From an uncultured Candidatus Saccharibacteria bacterium (lineage in GTDB: Bacteria > Patescibacteriota > Andersenbacteria > CAZYLA01): a stretch of DNA of 39,995 nt. Under the pieces are notes generated by a model. The model saw nothing but the letters and a program-made list of their open reading frames with translations. It was not told where the DNA came from and ran no database searches. Below, in pieces: positions 29,914 through 37,922 of this stretch (position 1 is the stretch's first letter; every line of letters begins with the position of its first letter). The position numbers and the translations under genes are program-made. Location: positions 1-39,995 of the forward strand of contig CAZYLA010000001.1 in assembly GCA_964648435.1 (NCBI GenBank), written 5' to 3'.

Positions 29914-30774
29914 ATGGGTAATAAAAAAAGAATAATCGGTTTAGATATAGGAGGTAGTAAGATGTTAGGGGTTTTATTTGATGGCGAAAAGCCGCTTAAA
30001 AAAATCAAAAAAGAAACTCCCCAAAAAAGAAAAGAGTTTCTTGATGTTTTAAAAAAAGTTATTAAGGAGCTTGCATCTGGCACTCAAGTTGGGGGTGTCA
30101 GCGTGGGAATCGCAGGGATGTTAGATAAATCAGGAAAAATGCTGCGCTCGCCAAATATGGGGTTTTTAGACGGTTTTAATTTAAAAAGAGAGCTGGAAAA
30201 GGAATTTAGCAGTCCCATTTTAATAGAAAATGATGTTAATTGTTTTACTTATGCTGAGGGCAGTTGCGGCGTAGCAAAAGGCGCTAAAAGTGTTGTCGGA
30301 ATTACTTTAGGGACTGGCATTGGCGGGGGAATTGTTTTAAATGGCAATGTTTACAAAGGAGCGGCTGGCAGCGCTGGCGAGATTGGCCATATGATAATCA
30401 ATAATGAAACTAGTTTTGAAGAGCTTGCCTCAGCAAAAGGAGTTGCGCGGCTTTGTGATGAAGATATTTTTGAACTTGAAAAAGAAGCTCGCAAAGGGAA
30501 GGGTGAAGCCATCCGTGTTTTCCAAGAAGTGGGTAAACATTTAGGTATAGGCCTAGCCAATATTATTAATATTCTAAATCCAGAAGTTATTGTGATCGGC
30601 GGTGGTCTTTCAAATTTGGGGGATTTAATTTTAAAGTCAGCTAAAGAAAATTGTCTAAAATTTATTGCCAACCCAGCAGCTCGCGAAACTAAAATTGTTT
30701 TAAGCAAACTTGGCGAGATTGCCATTCCTCTTGGTGCAATATTATTTTTTAAAAAAGAAAAAGAGCCCTCATAG
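29914..30774 (+). CDS. ROK-family sugar kinase (glucokinase-like) lacking the Zn-cysteine motif
   Basis: IGLDIGGSKM, ENDVNCF, GTGIGGGIVLNG, GSAGEIGHM. Confidence 0.8.
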   Translation: MGNKKRIIGLDIGGSKMLGVLFDGEKPLKKIKKETPQKRKEFLDVLKKVIKELASGTQVGGVSVGIAGMLDKSGKMLRSPNMGFLDGFNLKRELEKEFSSPILIENDVNCFTYAEGSCGVAKGAKSVVGITLGTGIGGGIVLNGNVYKGAAGSAGEIGHMIINNETSFEELASAKGVARLCDEDIFELEKEARKGKGEAIRVFQEVGKHLGIGLANIINILNPEVIVIGGGLSNLGDLILKSAKENCLKFIANPAARETKIVLSKLGEIAIPLGAILFFKKEKEPS

Positions 30775-30954
30775 AGGGCTCTTTGGCGCTTGTCTCTTTT
30801 GAGAGCATAGCTAAGAGAGAAAGAACCGACAATTGAGAACAACACGATGGTGCCGATAATATTCCTATGTAGCATATGTTTGTGGAAAATTGCCATTTGA
30901 CGGATTTTTAAAGTTCGTTATAATAGGAATTACCACTATTAAATTTTTATTTTT

Positions 30955-31665
30955 ATGGCTCAAAAACTTCCAAAACATGTAGTGATTATTCCCGATGGCA
31001 ACCGGCGCTGGGCAAGAAAGCGGGGGCTTGCTCCTTGGCTTGGTCACGAAGCGGGCGCCAAGCAATTTGAGAAGATTTTAAAAAAAGCCGGTGATATGGG
31101 GATCAAATGTCTTTCTTTTTGGGGGAGTTCGATTGATAATATCAGAAAGCGGCCAAAACGCGAGGTTGCTTTTCTTTTAAAACTTTTTAGGGATTATTTT
31201 AAAAAAATGGCAGAATCAGAAGAAATTCACAAGAACAAAGTAAAAATTAATGTCCTTGGTCGTTGGGACAAGATGTTTCCTGCTATTGTAAAAAGAGAAA
31301 TCTTTAGAGTAATAAATGTTACTAAGAGCTACGATAGGCATTTCCTTAATTTTTGTCTTGCTTATGATGGTCGCGATGAAATGCTTGAGGCGATTAAGAA
31401 AATTTGTCTCTTGGTGAAAAAGCAGGGAAATAGTATAATAAAAGAAGAAACTGTTAAAAAAAATTTATTTACAAAAGATTTGCCTCCAGTAGATTTCTTA
31501 ATCAGAACTGGTGGCGAGCCCCATCTTTCAGCCGGTTTTATGATGTGGGACATAGCTAATGCCCAGCTTTATTTTTCAAAAAAGTTTTTTCCGGCTTTTG
31601 GTCCGAAGGATTTTGAAAAAGCAATTAAAGATTTTCAAAAAAGAGAAAGACGGTTTGGAAAATAG
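30955..31665 (+). CDS. uppS: Undecaprenyl-diphosphate synthase (cis-prenyltransferase)
   Basis: HVVIIPDGNRRWA, FWGSSIDN, IRTGGE-HLS-F--WD. Confidence 0.9.
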   Translation: MAQKLPKHVVIIPDGNRRWARKRGLAPWLGHEAGAKQFEKILKKAGDMGIKCLSFWGSSIDNIRKRPKREVAFLLKLFRDYFKKMAESEEIHKNKVKINVLGRWDKMFPAIVKREIFRVINVTKSYDRHFLNFCLAYDGRDEMLEAIKKICLLVKKQGNSIIKEETVKKNLFTKDLPPVDFLIRTGGEPHLSAGFMMWDIANAQLYFSKKFFPAFGPKDFEKAIKDFQKRERRFGK

Positions 31666-31687
31666 TTAATTGTGAATTGTTAAATAT

Positions 31688-32128
31688 ATGTCTGCTTATC
31701 AAGAGACAATTAATATTTTAACAAAAACTCAACTGGAATTTGTTGACATTACTGATAAAGTGGCGGAAATTGTAAAGCGATCAAAAATAAAAAACGGTGC
31801 GGTAACCATTTTTGCAAAGCATACCACGGCGGCGGTCCGTCTTACCCAGAATGAAAAACTTCTCTTGCAGGATATTGCTAAAATTTTATACCGGCTGGTG
31901 CCAATGGATGAAAATTATTCTCACGACATTTTTGAACTCCGAGAGACGAAGAAGCTGGATGACCGTAGTAATGCCCACGCGCACATTAAGGCATTTCTTT
32001 TAGGGGCTAGTGAAACTGTTCCTCTCAAGGCAGGAAAGATGATTTTGAGGGAGTGGCAAAGTATTTTCTTAGTCGAACTGGATGGGGGGAGGAAGCGGGA
32101 AGTGGTTGTTGAGGTTGTGGGCGAGTAA
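31688..32128 (+). CDS. YjbQ/UPF0047-family protein
   Basis: HTTAAVRLTQNE ... NAHAHIKAFLLGASETVPL ... REWQSIFLVELDG. Confidence 0.8.
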   Translation: MSAYQETINILTKTQLEFVDITDKVAEIVKRSKIKNGAVTIFAKHTTAAVRLTQNEKLLLQDIAKILYRLVPMDENYSHDIFELRETKKLDDRSNAHAHIKAFLLGASETVPLKAGKMILREWQSIFLVELDGGRKREVVVEVVGE

Positions 32129-32136
32129 AGCGTCCT

Positions 32137-32210
32137 AAACAAAAAAAACGCTGCTTCAAAAAATTTTTTGCAGCTGCAAAAAATTTTTTGAAGCAGCGTT
32201 TTTTTTGTTT
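32137..32210. terminator. 74-nt perfect palindrome between convergent genes
   Basis: The left half 32137-32173 is the exact reverse complement of 32174-32210 (AAACAAAAAAAACGCTGCTTCAAAAAATTTTTTGCAG | CTGCAAAAAATTTTTTGAAGCAGCGTTTTTTTTGTTT). Confidence 0.8.
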
Positions 32211-33653
32211 CTAAACTATAAGTAGCAGACCAACAAACATCAAAAACAAAATAACTTTTAAAATCGTGGGAAAGTGCTGATGCCGGATTCGAATAAAAAT
32301 GTTAATAAAAAGAAGTCCCGAGAAGATTAAAACAAGTGAAAAGGCAAAACGAGTAAATTTATTCTTTAAAGAAAGAGCCGCAAGATAAGAACGAGTTTCT
32401 TTATCAGTTGCGAGAATAAAAGTTGGTGTTGCTAAGGCAAAAACTTCTTCTTCTTGATTGCCTGCTTCATCAATGGCTTTTATAGTGATTTTATCCGGCT
32501 CACTTAATTCTCTCGGCGGGAAGGTAAAAATACTTTCATAAATGTTTTCTTGTTCTGATGATGATTTCAAGGTTTGAAGCCGCTCACCAAAAAAGGCGGT
32601 TACTTTTGAGGGGTCGCCTGTTATTTGCAAAGAAAGATAAAACTTATCTGAAAGAGGCGAGAGAAGGGGTAAAATATAAGAGCTTTCAAGATCAATTTCA
32701 GGTGGCGATAAGTCAAGGTTGATGGTTATTCCTTTTGAAAAGTTGCTTTTATTGCCATTTTTGTCAATAACATAGGCCTTAATTGAGTGAGTTCCTTCTC
32801 TGAGGTTTTGGCAAAATGTGTAAAGATTCCCCTTAAAATATCCTTTCTTGTTAACTTTTATCTCTCCAATCTTATTATTATCAGCAAAGACAAAAATCGT
32901 ACTATCTGCTTTAGCAGTTCCGGAAATTGTTTGATGAAGCATGCTTACATAATCGCCACTTTTTGGGGTGTTAATAACAGGCGCTTTTGGCGGGGCTGGC
33001 GGTGGCGGTATTTCTTTTTTAGATGGCGGTGATGAGATTTCGATTTTTTCTTCAGAATCTTTCTTAATAATTTTATCTAATGACTCTACTCGCGAGCCAA
33101 ACATTTCCACGCAAACTGTGGTCTCCGTTCCTTTATAATCGCCAGTCATTGTGGCAATGCCAATTTCAGTGAAATTTTCGCTCAAGATGTTCTCGCGGTG
33201 TGTTGGACTGTTCATTAAGGCCTCGTGAGCCCCTTCGGCTGTTGTAAAACCAATCGCTAAATTTTCACCAGCATAGATATACTTGTATCCAGCTTCAGTA
33301 ATAAAATCCCAGGGTTCTTTTCCTTCAGGGCTTACATGAGCAAAATAGTCCTTTTTAAGAATATCTCTTGCTTTTGCTTCAGCTGCTTTTTCAAGTAATG
33401 AGTTTGTTGAAAGGGCAGACAAGCCATTTTCCGCTCTTGACGCGTTAGTTAATTGGACCATTCGGCCAGCTGTAATTGTAGAGAGGGACGCCTCAAGAGG
33501 ATATAAAGCAAAAGTAATTAAAAGCCAGATTTTCAGGGCTAAAACAACCCCACCTAAAAAAGTCAAGCTTGGTGTTCTTAAAATATAAGGCCGATGACCG
33601 TTCTCTGGATGTGGGACAAAAGTATTATGTAACTGCCTAGAAAAAGTTCTCAT
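32211..33653 (-). CDS. Surface protein with a CAP/SCP (YkwD-like) domain, Ig-like region and C-terminal TM helices
   Basis: NASRAENGLSAL...YFAHVSPEGKEPWDF...AGENLA...MNSPTHRENIL, a proline-rich linker, then beta-rich repeats. Confidence 0.7.
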   Translation of the reverse strand: MRTFSRQLHNTFVPHPENGHRPYILRTPSLTFLGGVVLALKIWLLITFALYPLEASLSTITAGRMVQLTNASRAENGLSALSTNSLLEKAAEAKARDILKKDYFAHVSPEGKEPWDFITEAGYKYIYAGENLAIGFTTAEGAHEALMNSPTHRENILSENFTEIGIATMTGDYKGTETTVCVEMFGSRVESLDKIIKKDSEEKIEISSPPSKKEIPPPPAPPKAPVINTPKSGDYVSMLHQTISGTAKADSTIFVFADNNKIGEIKVNKKGYFKGNLYTFCQNLREGTHSIKAYVIDKNGNKSNFSKGITINLDLSPPEIDLESSYILPLLSPLSDKFYLSLQITGDPSKVTAFFGERLQTLKSSSEQENIYESIFTFPPRELSEPDKITIKAIDEAGNQEEEVFALATPTFILATDKETRSYLAALSLKNKFTRFAFSLVLIFSGLLFINIFIRIRHQHFPTILKVILFLMFVGLLLIV

Positions 33654-33814
33654 AATTTTATTTTAGCATGAAAATTGGCCTGCGGCCAATTTTCATGCGT
33701 TTTGCTTTTTAAACCCCTGTTTGGGAAATTAGAAATTTTAGCAGGAGCTTGTTTTAGACGAATTTTGCGTTTTATTTTTTTATATGCTAAAATACTAAGT
33801 ACAAGTGTACGAAT

Positions 33815-34432
33815 GTGAACCCATTAATCCATAAACTGATTTCTGAGGGCTATTTAAAAACCGATTCGATTATAGATGCTTTTGATAGAGTTAATCGGGC
33901 TGACTTTTTGCCCCCGGATTTAGAAACTGAAGCCGAGGCAAACGTGCCTCTTCCAATCGGCCATGGTCAGACAATTTCTCAGCCTTTGACCGTTGCCTTT
34001 ATGCTGGAGAAGCTACAACCAGAGAAAGGCGATAAAATTCTTGATGTTGGCGCAGGAAGCGGTTGGCAAACTGCGCTTCTGGCGCACATTGTTGGTCAAA
34101 AAGGGAGAGTTTATGGAATTGAGCGCATCCCAGAATTAGTTGAATTTGCCCGTGACAACCTTAAAAAATATTCTTTTAAAAACATTGAGCTTGTTGAGGG
34201 CGATGGCACCAAGGGTTTGAAGAAAAAAGCACCTTTTGATAAAATTATTGTGGCTGCGTCGGCTAAAGAAATTCCAGAAGCCCTTAAGGAGCAACTTAAG
34301 ATCAACGGTAAACTCCTTATTCCTATGGCTGACAACACTTTGCGTCTTTTAACAAAAAAAGGTAAAAATAAATTTAAAGAAGAAATTTTTCATTCATTTG
34401 TATTCGTCCCCTTAATTGAAGACGAGGAATAA
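33815..34432 (+). CDS. pcm: Protein-L-isoaspartate O-methyltransferase (GTG start)
   Basis: GHGQTISQPLTVAFMLE, LDVGAGSGWQTALLA. Confidence 0.88.
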   Translation: MNPLIHKLISEGYLKTDSIIDAFDRVNRADFLPPDLETEAEANVPLPIGHGQTISQPLTVAFMLEKLQPEKGDKILDVGAGSGWQTALLAHIVGQKGRVYGIERIPELVEFARDNLKKYSFKNIELVEGDGTKGLKKKAPFDKIIVAASAKEIPEALKEQLKINGKLLIPMADNTLRLLTKKGKNKFKEEIFHSFVFVPLIEDEE

Positions 34433-34455
34433 CTTTTAAAATTATAATAATATCA

Positions 34456-34486
34456 TTTCGGATTTCGTGCCTCGAATTTCGGATTT
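34456..34486 (+). repeat. 31-nt start-proximal repeat, copy 2
   Basis: TTTCGGATTTCGTGCCTCGAATTTCGGATTT ends 8 nt before ATG 34495. Confidence 0.85.
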
Positions 34487-34494
34487 AATTAATT

Positions 34495-35571
34495 ATGGAT
34501 TTTTATACTGGTCCAGAGAAAGAGTCAATTATAAGGAATAAAAGGAACCGGACGATTGCCTGGATTTTTTTTATTTTACTTATTTTTTTACTTATTTTAG
34601 GCGGGGCAATTGTTTTTATTGATTATAAAATAAAGACACCCGCAGGCGATGGCGGCGAGCGGAGGGTCATTAGTATTGAAAGGGGAGAACGGGCAATTGA
34701 AATTGCTAAAAAACTGGAAAAAGAAGGAATTATTGATGATGATAAATATTTTTTAATTTATATTTTCATAAAAAAGGCCTACCCTTATCTTCAAGCCGGC
34801 TCTTATAATTTAAGCTCTCGTCTGGCGATTCCAGAAATTGTTGATATTTTGACAATGGGCAAGGTGATTCCATTTGAAAGACAAATTACTATTCCTGAAG
34901 GTTGGAACAACGACCAAATTGATAAATATCTTCTTTCTCGCCAGATTATTGAGGATAAGGGTGATTTTGTTAAAGGCGCCCGGAAAAAAGCAGGGTATTA
35001 TCGCTATAATTTCTTACGGGATTTAGACCAAGGAGATACCCTCCAAGGATTTCTTTTTCCTGACACTTATCAGGTTTTTAGGGATGCGACTCCAGACGAA
35101 GTAATTACAAAAATGCTGGATAACTTTGAGCGAAAATTGTCGCCTGAACTCCAAAAAGAAATTGAAAATCAAGGAAAAACAATTTTAGATGTTATTAATA
35201 TGGCAAGTATTGTTGAGCTTGAGGTATCTAAAAAAGAAGATAGGAAAATTGTGGCGGGAATTTTGTGGAAGCGACTTGAAAATAACTTACTTCTGCAAGC
35301 AGATGTCACTGTTCGCTACGCCACTCAAAATTGGGATGATCCTCTAACTCAAGAAGATCTTCTTTATAATTCTCCTTACAATACCCGGCTCAAAAAAGGA
35401 CTTCCTCCAACTCCAATTTGCAACCCTGGTCTTGAGGCGATTGAGGCAACTATATATCCTACAGAGACAGAGTACTGGTATTATTTATCTACCCCGGACG
35501 GTGAAACGATTTACAGTAAAACTTATTTAGAGCACAGAAAAGCAAAGAAACAATATTTAGACAACAGGTAA
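34495..35571 (+). CDS. mltG: Endolytic murein transglycosylase MltG/YceG
   Basis: TM helix, LQAGSY, ITIPEG, ASIVELE, LLQADVTVRYA, YNTRLKKGLPPTPICNPG. Confidence 0.88.
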   Translation: MDFYTGPEKESIIRNKRNRTIAWIFFILLIFLLILGGAIVFIDYKIKTPAGDGGERRVISIERGERAIEIAKKLEKEGIIDDDKYFLIYIFIKKAYPYLQAGSYNLSSRLAIPEIVDILTMGKVIPFERQITIPEGWNNDQIDKYLLSRQIIEDKGDFVKGARKKAGYYRYNFLRDLDQGDTLQGFLFPDTYQVFRDATPDEVITKMLDNFERKLSPELQKEIENQGKTILDVINMASIVELEVSKKEDRKIVAGILWKRLENNLLLQADVTVRYATQNWDDPLTQEDLLYNSPYNTRLKKGLPPTPICNPGLEAIEATIYPTETEYWYYLSTPDGETIYSKTYLEHRKAKKQYLDNR

Positions 35572-35627
35572 CAGGTAATACACACCAGAAAGAACGCAGT
35601 CTGAATTCTGTTTTTGTTGTCTGGTTA

Positions 35628-35656
35628 TTGACTTATTTTTAAAAGCGTAATATAAT
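35628..35656 (+). promoter_or_regulatory. Consensus promoter of the rplJL operon
   Basis: TTGACT, 17-nt spacer, TATAAT. Confidence 0.65.
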
Positions 35657-35666
35657 AAAATCAGAG

Positions 35667-35743
35667 TTTTCCAAAGACCATTGGCGCGAGAAAAAGCTTA
35701 ATTTCCAGTGCAGGAAAGCGGGATAGCTTTTTGTCTTTGGAAA
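35667..35743 (+). promoter_or_regulatory. Structured rplJ 5' leader (L10-leader-like autoregulatory element)
   Basis: Nested helices CCAAAGAC/GTCTTTGG, AAAAAGCT/AGCTTTTT and TTCC-AGTGCA-GGAA, between the promoter and the rplJ ATG. Confidence 0.5.
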
Positions 35744-35764
35744 CAAAAAGCTAATTTTATTTTT

Positions 35765-36292
35765 ATGGCTATTTCACGCGCAAAAAAGGAGAAAATTCTT
35801 AAAGATTTAACCAAAAAGCTTAAAAAAGCAAAACTTTTAATTTTATTGGACTTTCAAAAAGTGACTGTTCCTGAAGTGCAGATTTTAAGAAAGGTGCTTA
35901 AAAAAGAAGGCATTGACTATTTAGTTGCTAAGAAAACCTTAGTTCAAAAGGCACTTCAAAAAAACAAAATTAAAGATTTAGTTTTGAAAGATCTTAAGGT
36001 CCCAGTTTCTTTAATTATTTCTAAAGAAGCGGATCCTGCGGCCGCCCGTATAATTAAAGATTTTCAAAATAAGACTAAAAAGACAGAATTTTTAAAAGGT
36101 TTTTTAGAAGGTAAAATGTTAGAAAAAAATGATTTGATAATGCTGGCAGGTATTCCTTCTAGAGAAGAACTCCTTGCGAAGCTTATTAGCAGTATTGCCT
36201 CGCCGATTTCTGGACTCACTTATGCTCTTAAGGGCAATTTGACATCTCTTGTTTCTGTATTATCTCAAGTATCGAAAAAAAAGACAAGATAG
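35765..36292 (+). CDS. rplJ: Ribosomal protein L10
   Basis: MAISRAKKEKILKDL...LLILLDFQKVTVPEVQILRKVLKKEG...LVAKKTL. Start at ATG 35765. Confidence 0.9.
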   Translation: MAISRAKKEKILKDLTKKLKKAKLLILLDFQKVTVPEVQILRKVLKKEGIDYLVAKKTLVQKALQKNKIKDLVLKDLKVPVSLIISKEADPAAARIIKDFQNKTKKTEFLKGFLEGKMLEKNDLIMLAGIPSREELLAKLISSIASPISGLTYALKGNLTSLVSVLSQVSKKKTR

Positions 36293-36467
36293 TCGTTTAG
36301 TATATTAAGCGCGATTATTGAGACCCGTATCGTGAGGTGTTTAAGGATTACGTGCAATATAGAAAAGACGCTAAGCGTGACGGAGAGACAAAACGGGTTT
36401 TGTAGCCGTAACCTCCCTCGACGTAACCTTTATTTATAAATTAACAATTAAACAAGGAGTTAAATAA

Positions 36468-36890
36468 ATGGCAAAGGAAAAACCCGAAAAAGAAGAAAAA
36501 ATTGAAGTACCAGAAAAGTTCAAAGGGCTCGTTGATGAGATTGAGAAGCTCTCGGTTTTGGAATTGGCTGAACTTGTTAAAATTCTGGAAAAAAAATTTG
36601 GCGTGAGCGCTGCGGCGCCAGTTGCCACGTCTGCAACCGCTGGAGCAGCTCCAGCTGAAGGTGCTTCAGAGGAAGAAAAAACAGAATTTGATGTTGAGCT
36701 TAAAGAAAGTGGCCCTAATAAGATTGCGGTGATTAAGCTTGTTCGGGAAATCACCGGCAAGGGCTTAAAAGAATCTAAAGATTTAGTTGACGCGGCACCA
36801 AAAGTAATTAAAGAAAAGGTTAAAAAAGAAGAAGCTGACGAGCTCAAGAAAAAACTGGAAGAGGCAGGGGCGAAAGTAGAGCTCAAATAG
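36468..36890 (+). CDS. rplL: Ribosomal protein L7/L12
   Basis: [24 protein letters not shown], Ala-rich hinge, [24 protein letters not shown]...EAGAKVELK. Confidence 0.95.
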   Translation: MAKEKPEKEEKIEVPEKFKGLVDEIEKLSVLELAELVKILEKKFGVSAAAPVATSATAGAAPAEGASEEEKTEFDVELKESGPNKIAVIKLVREITGKGLKESKDLVDAAPKVIKEKVKKEEADELKKKLEEAGAKVELK

Positions 36891-36916
36891 ACGGCAAATG
36901 GTAAATGGTAAATGGA

Positions 36917-36958
36917 AAAGCGGCTCGCAGAAATTTATAAATTTCTGCGAGCCGCTTT
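36917..36958. terminator. Hairpin terminator after rplL
   Basis: AAAGCGGCTCGCAGAAATTT / AAATTTCTGCGAGCCGCTTT, preceded by a (TAAATGG)x3 heptad array at 36895-36915. Confidence 0.7.
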
Positions 36959-36971
36959 ATAATATAGATAT

Positions 36972-37559
36972 ATGCGTAGAATTATAAATTTTGTTTTATA
37001 CGCGATAATTCTTTTTTTGTTTCTTTTTTATTTTCAAAACCGGGAGGCCTTATGGCAGCAATTTAAATATCGTTATTTAAAAAATGGTTTTAAGGCCGAG
37101 GTTGAAGAATTCAAAAAAGAGCCAGAAGAAAAGCCAAAAGAAGATTTAATTATTATTCCTAAGATTGCCATAGAAGCACCGCTTGTTCTTGCGAAGAGCG
37201 AGGACGAAAAAGATATTTTAAAATCTCTTAAAAATGGCGCTGTTATGTATCCAAATTTTTCTTTGCCTGCTAAAAAAGGCAGAGTAGTAATTACGGCTCA
37301 TAGCTCCGGCGGCAGGGAAGCAGGGGATTATAAGTCTCTTTTTTCACTTTTAGACAAGCTCCAAAAAGGCAACAAAATTCTTATCTATTTTAAAGGCCAG
37401 GAGTATAAATACAAGGTTTTTGAAACAAAAATAATCAATGCTTCTGATTATGAAGAGGTATTTAAAGAGAGAGAAGGATCAACCCTAGTTCTTTTTACCT
37501 GCTGGCCGCTGGGTACCACTTTTAAACGCCTCGTTATTAAAGCAAGATTAGTAAAGTAG
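36972..37559 (+). CDS. Sortase-family transpeptidase
   Basis: N-terminal TM helix, VVITAHSS (His), TLVLFTCWP (TLxTC-type Cys), KRLVIKA (Arg). Confidence 0.7.
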   Translation: MRRIINFVLYAIILFLFLFYFQNREALWQQFKYRYLKNGFKAEVEEFKKEPEEKPKEDLIIIPKIAIEAPLVLAKSEDEKDILKSLKNGAVMYPNFSLPAKKGRVVITAHSSGGREAGDYKSLFSLLDKLQKGNKILIYFKGQEYKYKVFETKIINASDYEEVFKEREGSTLVLFTCWPLGTTFKRLVIKARLVK

Positions 37560-37838
37560 TTTTGCGTAGAGTATTCTTAGTCAAATGGCACAAGCTTTAA
37601 TGTTTTTTTGTGCTCTTTTCCCTTACTCCGTAATATAACTGCCATAGCAGTTATATTACGGGGATTACCAAAGAACAGTTTTTTTGGTAATTACTGTTTT
37701 TTTTTATTTCTCTAATTCGCGCAAATAGTAGAATAGCGGAGGACAGTCCTCCGCTATTTTTACAATTTTCAGGTAGGATATTCTCTACCTTTTCTGTCGT
37801 CTCCAAAACGTCCCTATTTCTCCTAGGGAAAAATTCAA

Positions 37839-37886
37839 GAGCCGCGAAAAAACGACGTCGCTAGCGACGTCGTTTTTTCGCGGCTC
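37839..37886. terminator. 23-bp perfect hairpin after the large minus-strand gene
   Basis: GAGCCGCGAAAAAACGACGTCGC-TA-GCGACGTCGTTTTTTCGCGGCTC. Confidence 0.7.
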
Positions 37887-37922
37887 GGCTCGTTTGTTAT
37901 CTGTCTTCTGTTATCTCTTGTC

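Noticed and set aside
30351-30896. 181-aa minus-strand ORF opposite the ROK kinase gene
   Set aside because: The plus-strand frame carries the ROK motifs, and the antisense product has none.
36434-36886. 150-aa minus-strand ORF antisense to rplL
   Set aside because: It mirrors the unmistakable L7/L12 frame. Its Ser/Ala-rich product is a shadow translation.
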